Assembly (NCBI GenBank): GCA_003161555.1
Contig: PMOG01000180.1
Span: 1-46,712, forward strand
DNA length: 46,712 nucleotides
Direction: 5' to 3'
Origin: Vulcanimicrobiota bacterium
GTDB lineage: Bacteria; Vulcanimicrobiota; Vulcanimicrobiia; Vulcanimicrobiales; Vulcanimicrobiaceae
A program made the translations under genes and the position numbers. The notes beneath the pieces are model-generated. The model had not been told where the DNA came from and ran no database searches. It worked only from the letters and a program-made list of their open reading frames with translations. Shown here piece by piece: positions 8,891 to 17,955 of the stretch. How positions within the stretch are numbered: the stretch's first letter is position 1; each line of letters begins with the position of its first letter.

Positions 8891-10213
8891 CTAGGTCGCA
8901 GCTTCGGCGCGACGGCGCTGCGCGCGTTTGGTAAAGCGCGGCAGCTTTTTGGTTAGACGTTCGGGAATGATCGCATCGATCGCGTCATCAACCGTGACGA
9001 TGCCGAGCATCATCCCGTGCTCGTCGGTGACCGGACAAGCGAGTAGGTCATAACGCGCGATCGTCCCCGCTACGTCTTCGGCGGACGTACCCGGCCGCAC
9101 CGAGACGATATTCTGGTCCATGATTGTGTGGATCGTCGCGCTGGGTTCGGCCAGCAGCAGCGTGCGCAGCGAGAGCACGCCGAGCAGTTTCTCCGCCTGG
9201 TCGAGCACGTAGAGGTAATAGATGAACTCCGTCTCGGGCGCGATCTGGCGGATCTTTGCGATGGTTCCTTCGACGGTACGGTGCGGGAAGATCCAGACGT
9301 AGTCCGTCGTCATCAGGCCGCCGGCGGTATCGTCGGCATAGGCGACGAGTTCGCGCAGATCGTCCGCCGTCTGCGCGTCCATTTCGGCGAGCAATTCGTT
9401 CTGCCGATCCTCTGGGAGATCGCCCAGCAAATCCGCGGCGTCGTCCGAATCCATCTCTTCGATGATGTCCGCAGCGCGTTCGGTTCCGAGATCGTCGATG
9501 ATCGACCGCTGGACGTCCGGCTCGAGGTGCTCGAACGCGTCGGCGGCGGTTTCGTCATCGAGCGAGCCCACCACGCGCGCCGCGTCTTGGGCGGACAACT
9601 CGCCGATGATGTCGGCGAGTTCGGAGGGATGCAGCCGGGAGAGGCGATGTTCGGTGACCGAGAGCCGGATCTGGGTGGGGCTGAGATCGTGGAGCGGAGC
9701 CACGTTGTCCCAGGCGATGAGGGCGCGCGGGATACGCTCGATCAGGGCGGGCGCGACCTTCGCCGCGCCGAGCCGGCGCAGCAGGCCCGCGACCCCGATG
9801 TCGGCAGCCACCACGCGCAGCGCCCCCCCGGTGCGGGCCACCTGGATGTCGTTGATGCGTTCGACCTTGCGGCCGTCGACGTCGACGATCTGCTTGTCGA
9901 AGAGATCTTCGACAAGGTACAGCGCTTCGTCATCGGGCGGCCGGACGACCGTGGGAGCTTTCTTGAGCACGAGACCCGCGGGGTCGAGCGAGGTGAGGTC
10001 GCCGATCGGCGCGGCCAACTCGCCGTGCTTGGTCTTCACGATGATGGCGTCGATGTGGGGGAAGGTGTCCTGCGGGCGCTCGACCACGAAATCCGCGATG
10101 CGGCCCACCAGCCCTCGAACGCCGTCGCGCTCGACGAATACCGAGCGGCCGACGAGCTCCGAGACGAAGCCGTCGTGGAATGGTACCGGCTCGTTGGTGC
10201 GTGTTGCCGTCAC
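8891..10213 (-). CDS. Stand-alone MgtE intracellular region (PRC-barrel-like + MgtE_N + CBS pair), no TM domain
   Basis: DKQIVDVDGRKV, LHPSELADII, MDSDDAADLL, TAGGLMT, GIVTVDD then a stop; GTG 10213 with GGGAGAGG RBS. Confidence 0.88.
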   Translation of the reverse strand: MTATRTNEPVPFHDGFVSELVGRSVFVERDGVRGLVGRIADFVVERPQDTFPHIDAIIVKTKHGELAAPIGDLTSLDPAGLVLKKAPTVVRPPDDEALYLVEDLFDKQIVDVDGRKVERINDIQVARTGGALRVVAADIGVAGLLRRLGAAKVAPALIERIPRALIAWDNVAPLHDLSPTQIRLSVTEHRLSRLHPSELADIIGELSAQDAARVVGSLDDETAADAFEHLEPDVQRSIIDDLGTERAADIIEEMDSDDAADLLGDLPEDRQNELLAEMDAQTADDLRELVAYADDTAGGLMTTDYVWIFPHRTVEGTIAKIRQIAPETEFIYYLYVLDQAEKLLGVLSLRTLLLAEPSATIHTIMDQNIVSVRPGTSAEDVAGTIARYDLLACPVTDEHGMMLGIVTVDDAIDAIIPERLTKKLPRFTKRAQRRRAEAAT

Positions 10214-10241
10214 GTCGCCTCTCCCTTCTCGATCAGCGCAG

Positions 10242-10270
10242 AAAAAAGCCGGTCGGGTTGCCCCTCCGGC
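10242..10270 (-). terminator. Intrinsic terminator, expression platform of the M-box
   Basis: Minus strand GCCGG-AGGGGCAACCCGA-CCGGC-TTTTTT between aptamer and RBS. Confidence 0.8.
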
Positions 10271-10311
10271 CGGTCGATGACGCACGCGGCGAAAGCGATT
10301 CGCCCCATGCC

Positions 10312-10480
10312 TCCTCAACGTCGAGCTTCAGCACCGCGCGCCGTCGACCAACGGACTTCGTCCCCGGTCAGCCGCGTTAAGCGCCGCCTTGATTCGGCGG
10401 AGCCTGGTCACCACGTCGGGGTCTCTCGACCTTTCCGGGCAGCGGCAGTGTATGCGTGCGGACGCCTCGCCTAACGAGGA
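10312..10480 (-). ncRNA. M-box (ykoK) Mg2+-sensing riboswitch aptamer
   Basis: Minus strand CCUCGUUAGGCGAGGC...GCUGCCCGGAAAGGUCGAGAGAC...AAGG...UAACGCGGCUG...GUGCUGAAGCUCGACGUUGAGG matches the conserved ykoK blocks; upstream of Mg2+ transport genes. Confidence 0.93.
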
Positions 10481-10507
10481 TTCCCGTATCGAGTGTACGC
10501 CCTGCGG

Positions 10508-11047
10508 TCAAGCGCGGCGGTCATGGGTCTCGAATCTGAGCGGCAGAAGTCGTCCCGGCCGCCTCGACCGCGGCTCGTCGAAGGGCCGGCCCGGGTCCCG
10601 CCGGGCCGCGGCCAAGGCCAGCGCCACCGCCGCGGCCAGCATCGCGCCGCCGTAGAAACGGGTCGATTCCACGTGCAAGGCGCGGTAGTGCGCGGTACCG
10701 ATCGCCGTCGTCTTCATCTGAGGGACGATGTCACGCTGCTCGTAGGTCGCCAACGCCAAGGCCACCGCGATGACCGCGACCCGCACGAGATCCCAACGGC
10801 GGGAGGCTGCGTCCAGCGAGCGCACCAGCGCGACACCGAACGCGATCCCGCCGAAGACGTATCCCCACAGCGTCAGCACGGCCAGCGCCGCAGCGGTCAG
10901 CGCGGCGAAGCGGCTGAGGCCGACGAGCTGGTACGCAAGCGGCGCGGTCACGAATGCGAAACCGGCCAAGGCACCCAGCCACGTGCCCAACGCGAGGATT
11001 TCGATGGCCGCGAGGACGCGGTCGGGGAGGCCGGAACGATCCTTCAT
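10508..11047 (-). CDS. DUF4149/TMEM205-like membrane protein
   Basis: Four TMs, W.G....F..AP..Y pattern and Y.ALH..S motif. Confidence 0.7.
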   Translation of the reverse strand: MKDRSGLPDRVLAAIEILALGTWLGALAGFAFVTAPLAYQLVGLSRFAALTAAALAVLTLWGYVFGGIAFGVALVRSLDAASRRWDLVRVAVIAVALALATYEQRDIVPQMKTTAIGTAHYRALHVESTRFYGGAMLAAAVALALAAARRDPGRPFDEPRSRRPGRLLPLRFETHDRRA

Positions 11048-11073
11048 GCCATCCTATCTTCGAGAGGAGGCGT

Positions 11074-11835
11074 GTGGACCCGCTCGCATTCGTGACCTCG
11101 CTCGCGCGTGAAGCCGGCGCGCTGCTGCGCGAGCGTCTCGCGGACCCGCGCGAGATCACGCAGAAACGGCGTCACGATCTCGTTACCGATGCCGACCGTG
11201 CGAGCGAAGAACTGATCGTGCGGCGGCTCCGCGCCGCGTATCCGTCCGCTTCGATCCTTGGCGAGGAGAGCGGTGCCTTCGCCGGGACCGGCGACGAACG
11301 CTTCATCGTCGATCCGCTCGACGGGACGACGAACTACGCGCACCGTTATCCGCTCTTCTGCGTCTCGATCGCCTACGAGCGCGCCGGCCTGACCGAAGCG
11401 GGAGCGATCTACGCGCCGCTGCTCGATACGCTCTTCGCCGCGCGGCGCGGCGGCGGAGCGACGCGCGACGGCGTCCCGATCCGCGTATCCGCGATCGACG
11501 ACGTCGACCGGGCGCTGTTGTGCACCGGCTTCCATCCCGACGATTACCCGCGCAACGGCGCGCACTTCGCGCTGATCTCCCAGCATGCGCAGGCGGTGCG
11601 CCGCGACGGCAGCGCAGCGCTCGACCTGGCCTTCGTCGCTGCGGGCATCTTCGACGCATTTTGGGAGTTCGACCTCAAGGCGTGGGACGTGGCCGCCGGC
11701 GCGCTGATGATCCAAGAGGCGGGCGGCCGCGTCGAAGCGATCGCCGGCGGACCGCTCGACCTCACCGAGGGTTTGATCTTGGCGTCGAACGGCGCCATTC
11801 ACGGCGCGGTGCGGGAGCTGCTCGCTAGCGTGTGA
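11074..11835 (+). CDS. suhB: Inositol monophosphatase family protein
   Basis: DLVTDAD..SE, GEE, IVDPLDGTTNYAH, RRDGSAALDL, WDVAAG; GAGGAGG RBS before GTG 11074. Confidence 0.92.
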   Translation: MDPLAFVTSLAREAGALLRERLADPREITQKRRHDLVTDADRASEELIVRRLRAAYPSASILGEESGAFAGTGDERFIVDPLDGTTNYAHRYPLFCVSIAYERAGLTEAGAIYAPLLDTLFAARRGGGATRDGVPIRVSAIDDVDRALLCTGFHPDDYPRNGAHFALISQHAQAVRRDGSAALDLAFVAAGIFDAFWEFDLKAWDVAAGALMIQEAGGRVEAIAGGPLDLTEGLILASNGAIHGAVRELLASV

Positions 11836-12976
11836 CCAGCGTGTCCATCACGCCCACGAAGTGCGCGATCTCTTCGTCGGTCGTGTAGGCGTGCGCGCTG
11901 ACCCGAAGCCCGCAGCCCGGCCGGTAGTCGACGAAGATACGCCGCTGCTGCAGTTCGTGCTGGATCCGCGCGGCGTCGGGGACGTCGAGTCCGACCCAGC
12001 CGGTGCGCAGGGCCGGATCGAGCGGCGTGCTGACCGTCCACTCGCGTTCGAGTGCGGCGTCGGTGAGCGCCGCGGTGAGCCGCGCGTTGTGTTCGCGAAT
12101 CGTGGGCACCCCGATCTCGCGGATGATGTCGTGCCCGGCTTGGGCCGCCAGGTAGCCGGGGATCGTCGGCGTGCCGCTGGCCCACCGCATCTGGTCGCGC
12201 GCGTATTCGATCGGCGGCGGGGGGAACGCGAACGGGTCGCGGTGCGCGAACCAGCCGGTCGTCATCGGTCGAAAGCGCGGCGCCAAGGCGGGTTTGACGT
12301 AGATCCAGCCGCAGCCGGGTCCGCCGCAGAGCCATTTGTGCGAGCCGCCGACGACGAGATCGAGGTCGAGCTCGACCACATCGTACGGTACGATCCCGGT
12401 CGTTTGATACGCGTCGAGCACGACCAGCGCGCCCAGCTCGTGCGCGCGGGCGACGATCGGCGGCAGATCAATCAGGACCGCGCTTTGATAGTAGGCGTGC
12501 GAGAGGACGACCAGCGCCGTGCGCTCGGTGATCGCGTCGACGATACGTTGGGTCGGGATCGTGCGGCCGTCATCGGTGGGCACGCGCACCGTCCGTGCGC
12601 CGGCGCGTTCCCACGCGGTCCAGACGTAGGCGAGCGAGGGGAACTGCAGCGCTTCGTACACGATCTCGTTGCGCGCGGAGCGCGGGTCGCGTGAGGACGC
12701 GATGGCCGACTGCAGCAGGCTCACGTTGGGCGCGAGCGCGATGCTGCCGGAGGGAGCGCCGATGATCGAGCCGATTCCGTCCCCGATCGCGCGCATGCGG
12801 TCCAGCCAGAACGGCCAGGCGCCGTCCGGGCCGCCGTCCGCCCATTGGGCGTGGTACGCCGCCAGCGCGTCGGCGGCCGCGCGCGGCGGCGCGCCCATCG
12901 AATGCGAGACGAGCCACGTGTTCCGGTCGAGGCCGGCGAAGCGTTCTCGCGCGCGCGCCGGGGTCAGCGCGATCAC
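11825..12976 (-). CDS. kynU: Kynureninase-like PLP class-V enzyme
   Basis: SHSMG, QFPS, DAYQ..G, GGSHKWLCGGPG, GWFAH..PFAF, DYRPG..LRVS; GTGA-coupled to kynA. Confidence 0.75.
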   Translation of the reverse strand: MIALTPARARERFAGLDRNTWLVSHSMGAPPRAAADALAAYHAQWADGGPDGAWPFWLDRMRAIGDGIGSIIGAPSGSIALAPNVSLLQSAIASSRDPRSARNEIVYEALQFPSLAYVWTAWERAGARTVRVPTDDGRTIPTQRIVDAITERTALVVLSHAYYQSAVLIDLPPIVARAHELGALVVLDAYQTTGIVPYDVVELDLDLVVGGSHKWLCGGPGCGWIYVKPALAPRFRPMTTGWFAHRDPFAFPPPPIEYARDQMRWASGTPTIPGYLAAQAGHDIIREIGVPTIREHNARLTAALTDAALEREWTVSTPLDPALRTGWVGLDVPDAARIQHELQQRRIFVDYRPGCGLRVSAHAYTTDEEIAHFVGVMDTLVTR

Positions 12977-13755
12977 GGCTGCACCGTCTGGCCCAGGACG
13001 GTGCGCACTTCCCACAGTTCGGGAAAGAATCGCCGCGAGAGCGTCGTCTGCAGGTAGCCGACGCCGAGCGACCCGCCGGTCCCGGGCTTCATTCCGATCA
13101 TGCGTTCGACCATCAGCACGTGACGGCTGCGCCAGAGCGCGAATTTTTCGTCGAAATCGATCAGATCCTCGAGCAGCAGGTAGAGCGCGTAGTGCGATGC
13201 GTCATCCTGATAGATGCTGCGGAACGTCGCCACCAGCGCGTCGTGCGAGGAAACGTCAAAGCCGTTCCGGCGCAGCACCGCTTTGAGAGCATCGTAGAGG
13301 GTCGGTTCGCGTAGCCGCCGCTCGAGCCGTTCGCGTTCCGGACCGGTCAGATCGAGGTGGCGCAGGTAGTCCTCGTTGCCGCGCACGCCGCCCAGGAATT
13401 CGATCTCGCGGAATTGCGCCGATTGGAACCCGCTGGCCGGATTGAGACCGTCGCGGAAGGCGTTGAAGTCCTGCGGCGTCATCGTTTCGAGCACGTCGAC
13501 CTGCGACACCAGGATTTGCTGGATCGCGTGGATGCGCCGGAACGCCTTGCCGACCCTGAGCAGATCGTCCCCATTGAGGAAGGCGACCGCGGCGTCGAGC
13601 TCGTGCAGCATCTGTTTGAACCACAGCTCGTAGACCTGATGGATCGCGATGAAAAGGAGTTCGTCGTGGTGAGGCGGGTCACTAAGCGGATGCTGCAGAT
13701 CGAGGAGCTCGGCGATTCGGAGGTAGGATCCGTACGTCAACTGTTCGGTGGCCAC
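12973..13755 (-). CDS. kynA: Tryptophan 2,3-dioxygenase
   Basis: TYGSYL...LL.LQ, HDELLFI..HQVYELWFK, PASGFQS.QFREIE, WR.RH...VERMIG.KPGTGGS.GV.YL. Confidence 0.95.
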   Translation of the reverse strand: MATEQLTYGSYLRIAELLDLQHPLSDPPHHDELLFIAIHQVYELWFKQMLHELDAAVAFLNGDDLLRVGKAFRRIHAIQQILVSQVDVLETMTPQDFNAFRDGLNPASGFQSAQFREIEFLGGVRGNEDYLRHLDLTGPERERLERRLREPTLYDALKAVLRRNGFDVSSHDALVATFRSIYQDDASHYALYLLLEDLIDFDEKFALWRSRHVLMVERMIGMKPGTGGSLGVGYLQTTLSRRFFPELWEVRTVLGQTVQP

Positions 13756-13825
13756 GGGCGGTCCTTCCGCGCCGCCGCCCGCCGGTACTCCGCATCCGCC
13801 GCCTTGATGCCGATACCGTACAGAG

Positions 13826-15628
13826 ATGCGGGGTTTCGTTCGGCTCGGCGCGTGGTTGGCTTTCGTCGCGCTCGCGTGCGCGTGCGGGGGTGGTGGCGGG
13901 ACGACGGGGACCTCGGGCGCTCCGCTTCCGCCGGGATCGAGTACGCCGAGCGCGCAGCCGACCCCGACCCCAAGCGCGACCGCCACGCCGACCGGCCGCG
14001 CCTCGGCGACTCCGACGCCGCGCCCGAGTGCAACCGCCACCCCAAGCCCGACGCCCTCGCCGACGGCAACGCCATCCCCGTCACCGGTGCCCGCCGCGAC
14101 GAACGGCCCGCTCCTGACGATCGACGTCGGCGCGAGCCGTCATGCGATCAGCAACGACATCTACGGCGTGACGATCTTCTGGAGTTCGTCGACCCCGGCG
14201 TCGCTGCAGCAGTTCGCCGCCGCAATCCGTCTGCCGGTCAACCGCTACGGCGGCGATGCGACAACCCGCTACAACTGGCAGGTCGATTCGACCAACGCCG
14301 GCAGCGATTGGTACTTCATGGCCGGCAACGGCTCGTCGAGCTCGACGCCGAGCGCGTCGGTCGATACGATCGTCGACGGTAACCGCGTCAATGGGACCAA
14401 GTCGATCATCACCGCTCCGATCATCGACTGGATCACAAAAGCCTCACCCTGGAACTGCAGCTATCCCGATCCCCCGGTCGCGAACCAGGTCTCCCTGAAC
14501 GGCAACCCGCCCTACAATCCCTACGTCCATCTCGCCGGCAACGTCGCCTGCGGGAGCGGAAGCAACGCCGCAGGCTACATCAGCGATTCGAACCCCGGCG
14601 CGACGGATATTCCGAATACGCCCGCGATTCAGCAGGCGTGGGTCTCGCATTTCGTCACCAAATACGGGCACGGCGGCAGCGGCGGCGTTCCGATTTACGA
14701 ACTCGACAACGAACCCAACGGCTGGATCGCCGTCCACCACGACGTGCGTCCGCAGAACATCGGCTACAGCGAGCTCTTCACCAAGTCGGTGAACATGGCG
14801 CGCGCGATCAAGGCCGCCGATCCGACCGCGCTCGTCCTGGGACCGGACGACATCCCGCCGGCCGATGAGGGCTGCAACAGCGGCGGCGTCGCCGGAACCT
14901 GCAACAACGACGGCGCTAATCAGCACGGTGGCACGCCGCTCGGGCTCTGGTATTTGCAGCAGTTCGCGGCGCAGAGCCCGCGCCTGCTGGACTACTACGC
15001 GATGCACTATCCGGGCGCGTGCTGCTTCTCAAACAACGGTACGATCGCGGCCATGATCACCGCGATCCAGCGTCACAAAGGGTGGATCAACTCCGCGTAT
15101 CCCGGCACGAAGCTGGCGTACGACGAGTGGAACCGCGGCACCGGCAACAGCTTCGCGGTCGGCCTCGCGACCGCCGACGGCCTGGGCGTCTTCGGTCAGC
15201 AAGCCGTCGATTTGGCGAGCTTCTGGGGGTTGGGCGATCCGACGTATCCCAGCGCGTACGCGTTCCGCATGTTCCGCAACTACGACGGCGCGGGCCACGG
15301 CTTCGGCGAGACGTCGGTCTCAGCGCTGACGGCCGACGCCACGAAGCTCACGGTCTATGCGGCCCAGCGCAATGCCGACAACGCCGTGACGATCGTCGTC
15401 GTCAACCCGACGGCGACCGCCTGGACGAGCGCCGTGTCGCTCGCCAACGTCAGCCTGCAGCAGCCGGCGAGAACCTACCAGTACGCGAGCGCGAACCCCG
15501 CCGCGATCGTTACCGGCCCGACGGTCGTACCGAGCGGCTCGACGCTGGTTGTGACGTTTCCCGCGAACTCGATCACGATGATCGTGCAGCCCTCGGGTGG
15601 TCAGAGCGCGAATTCGCGCCGGCGCTGA
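13826..15628 (+). CDS. Glycoside hydrolase family 44 (endoglucanase/xyloglucanase-like) lipoprotein
   Basis: Lipobox-like LACAC, P/T linker, RYGGDATTRYNW, YELDNEP (acid/base), DEWN (nucleophile), FRMFRNYDG.G..FG. Confidence 0.82.
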   Translation: MRGFVRLGAWLAFVALACACGGGGGTTGTSGAPLPPGSSTPSAQPTPTPSATATPTGRASATPTPRPSATATPSPTPSPTATPSPSPVPAATNGPLLTIDVGASRHAISNDIYGVTIFWSSSTPASLQQFAAAIRLPVNRYGGDATTRYNWQVDSTNAGSDWYFMAGNGSSSSTPSASVDTIVDGNRVNGTKSIITAPIIDWITKASPWNCSYPDPPVANQVSLNGNPPYNPYVHLAGNVACGSGSNAAGYISDSNPGATDIPNTPAIQQAWVSHFVTKYGHGGSGGVPIYELDNEPNGWIAVHHDVRPQNIGYSELFTKSVNMARAIKAADPTALVLGPDDIPPADEGCNSGGVAGTCNNDGANQHGGTPLGLWYLQQFAAQSPRLLDYYAMHYPGACCFSNNGTIAAMITAIQRHKGWINSAYPGTKLAYDEWNRGTGNSFAVGLATADGLGVFGQQAVDLASFWGLGDPTYPSAYAFRMFRNYDGAGHGFGETSVSALTADATKLTVYAAQRNADNAVTIVVVNPTATAWTSAVSLANVSLQQPARTYQYASANPAAIVTGPTVVPSGSTLVVTFPANSITMIVQPSGGQSANSRRR

Positions 15629-15643
15629 GCCGCTCGTACGCCG

Positions 15644-15970
15644 TTAGAAGTTGACGGTTTCGTCGCTGTTGATCGTGTTGACGCGCGTCCAGTCGGTGTA
15701 CTGGCCGTCGTTCGACCCCGGATGGAGTTCGCGACGCCACCAGGCGAAGATTCCGCCCGTGTCGACGTCCCAGCTCTGACCTTGCGCGAGCGCCTTGGTC
15801 CCGTACGACGTCGCGTCGTCGAGGCGGTCGCCGACCCGGAGTTCGACCGTGACGGGTTGACTGAACGAGGAATTGTGGATGCGCAGCAGCCCCTGTGCGG
15901 ACGCCGGTGCGGCGACCAGGCACATAGCCAGCGCAATGCCGAGCGCGGAAAGGAAGTGGGTGCGGTTCAT
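15644..15970 (-). CDS. Small secreted protein of unknown function
   Basis: ATG 15970 with GGAG RBS, signal peptide ending ASA|Q, 108 aa. Confidence 0.7.
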   Translation of the reverse strand: MNRTHFLSALGIALAMCLVAAPASAQGLLRIHNSSFSQPVTVELRVGDRLDDATSYGTKALAQGQSWDVDTGGIFAWWRRELHPGSNDGQYTDWTRVNTINSDETVNF

Positions 15971-16029
15971 CGTCGCTTCTCCGTGAAAAACCGTGAGTTG
16001 TTGAGGCGCACGCCGACGTCGACGAACAT

Positions 16030-16058
16030 ACCCTAACATCTGCCCCGCCCCGTGTCAA
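16030..16058 (-). promoter_or_regulatory. Sigma70-type promoter for the small secreted protein
   Basis: Minus strand TTGACA-17 nt-TAGGGT. Confidence 0.65.
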
Positions 16059-16247
16059 CTAAAGAATACGGAGACTTGGCAGAGATTCAGATGAGCCGCG
16101 TGCATCAGGTGTCGCCCGACGTACCTACGAGCTTAGGGCGATCGATGTTTCATCGGTATTTTGCGGCGCGAAGCGTCTTCGCTGCAGACGCATTTGTCGC
16201 GCGTCGCGCGTCACCCCGACCTGTGAGAAACCTGGGAAGCGCGGCGC

Positions 16248-17903
16248 TCATTCCGTTTTCGAACGGTGACTCCAGCGCCACGCCCAGGCGTTCCAGAGGT
16301 GCTGTCCGGTGACCGACGGCACGATGCCCTCGAGACCGGCGCGAGATATCGCGGCTTCTTGATTGAAGCCGAGGAAAAGCAGGTCGCTCTGCGCGACCAG
16401 ACGTCGCGTCAGGGCGCGGTCAGCGGCCGCTTCACGAGATTCCTCGGGCGTTTCTAACTCCGCGCGCGCGGCCGCGTCGATCTCCGGATCGCAGATACGG
16501 CCGAAATTGTCGCCGTTGGGCGGCCGCGTGTCGCAGCGAAACAGGTACGAGTGATCGTTCACCCCATCGGGCTGCCAGCCGCTGAAGGTCAGATCGAAGC
16601 GGCCGTCCGGATAGATCCCGTGCTGCGCCGCCGACGCGAAGAGCAGATTGTAGCTGTACGACTTGATCGCCACGCGGATCCCGAGTTTGTTCAAGTCCTG
16701 CGCGAGCTGCAGACCGAAAGTTGCGGTCACCGGTGTCTCGGTGGTCGCAACGTAGTCGAAGCTGAGCTGGCGTCCGTTCTTGGTGCGCATCCCATTGATC
16801 AGCCGCCATCCGGCAGCGTCGAGCAGACGCGCCGCGCCGGCCGGATCGTATCGCGGTTGGACGATCGACGGATCGTAGGCGAACTGCCCGGGAAGCCGGT
16901 CCGTGTCGCCCGGCAGGTACAGGGCGCCTTCGAGGTTCTGCATGATGCGGGTTCGATCGACGCCTTCGACGATGGCGCGGCGCACGCGCACGTCGTCCAG
17001 CGGCGGATGCGCCGTGTTGAGGATGACGAAGTCGAACTCGTAGTGCGGCTTCAGAACCGTGTGCGTACCGGGCACGCTGCGCAGGGCTGCAAAGTGCTGC
17101 GGCCCGCCCGACGCGCGGGCGACGAGCAGGTCGAGTTTCCCCGCCTCCCAGAGGGTCTGAATCGTATTGATGCTCGGGATGATTTCGATGTCGATGCGCG
17201 GGATCGCCGGCGCTCCGCGAAAATAATGCGGATCCGCCTTCAGGACGATGCGATTGCCGCGATCCCACGCCGTGACCATGTAGGGGCCTAGACCGATCGG
17301 GTGCGCGTTGTACGGATCGCGATTGATGTCGGGCTTGCCGGCGAGCAGGTGGGCCGGCAGCAGGGCATACGGATCGTTCGCCGCCAGCGTGAAGCACGAG
17401 GCCACGAACGGCGAGAACGGCGCGGTCAGCCGGACGCGCACCGTGTACGGGTCGAGCGCCCGCACGTCGGCGACATGGTCGAATCCGGTGCGGTCGGGAA
17501 CCTGGTTGGCCGGATTCATCGCCGCGCGGAACGAGAACACGACGTCGCGTGCGTCGAACCCGACGCCGTCGTGCCACCGCACCCCGTGCCGCAGATGGTA
17601 GGTGACGCTGCGGCCGTCCCGTGCGATTCCCCCGTTGGCGACCGTCGGGACCACCACCGCCAGATCGGGGATCAGCCGCGCGTCTCCGTCGGTGCGCAAC
17701 AGAAAACCGTGGAACAGCGGCGCGAAGAACACCACGTTCGCGTTGTCGAACACCATCGGGTTCAAGCCCGGCGGATCCACGGTCGTCGCCATTCGCAGCA
17801 CCAGGTCGTCGCGAGGCGCCGGTGCGGTGCACGATCCGAGCAGCACCATAGCGGCAAGCGCAGCGAGAGCGCATGCAGTTCGGATCGAGCGGTGGCCGTT
17901 CAT
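16248..17903 (-). CDS. Family 5 (peptide/oligosaccharide/nickel) ABC substrate-binding lipoprotein, no cognate permease nearby
   Basis: Lipobox LLGSC; IPDLA, TYHLRHGVRWHDG..F.A.DVVFS, PIGLGPY, L.DVRVRRAI. Confidence 0.9.
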   Translation of the reverse strand: MNGHRSIRTACALAALAAMVLLGSCTAPAPRDDLVLRMATTVDPPGLNPMVFDNANVVFFAPLFHGFLLRTDGDARLIPDLAVVVPTVANGGIARDGRSVTYHLRHGVRWHDGVGFDARDVVFSFRAAMNPANQVPDRTGFDHVADVRALDPYTVRVRLTAPFSPFVASCFTLAANDPYALLPAHLLAGKPDINRDPYNAHPIGLGPYMVTAWDRGNRIVLKADPHYFRGAPAIPRIDIEIIPSINTIQTLWEAGKLDLLVARASGGPQHFAALRSVPGTHTVLKPHYEFDFVILNTAHPPLDDVRVRRAIVEGVDRTRIMQNLEGALYLPGDTDRLPGQFAYDPSIVQPRYDPAGAARLLDAAGWRLINGMRTKNGRQLSFDYVATTETPVTATFGLQLAQDLNKLGIRVAIKSYSYNLLFASAAQHGIYPDGRFDLTFSGWQPDGVNDHSYLFRCDTRPPNGDNFGRICDPEIDAAARAELETPEESREAAADRALTRRLVAQSDLLFLGFNQEAAISRAGLEGIVPSVTGQHLWNAWAWRWSHRSKTE

Positions 17904-17955
17904 CGGGCCGCCTTTCGCGGCCGGCGAAGGCGCGCCCGTTCGACTTACTCTCGCC

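Noticed and set aside
13940-14100. Repetitive ACGCCG/ACCCCG tract
   Set aside because: It encodes the ordinary Pro/Thr linker of the GH44 protein; not a CRISPR array or other DNA element
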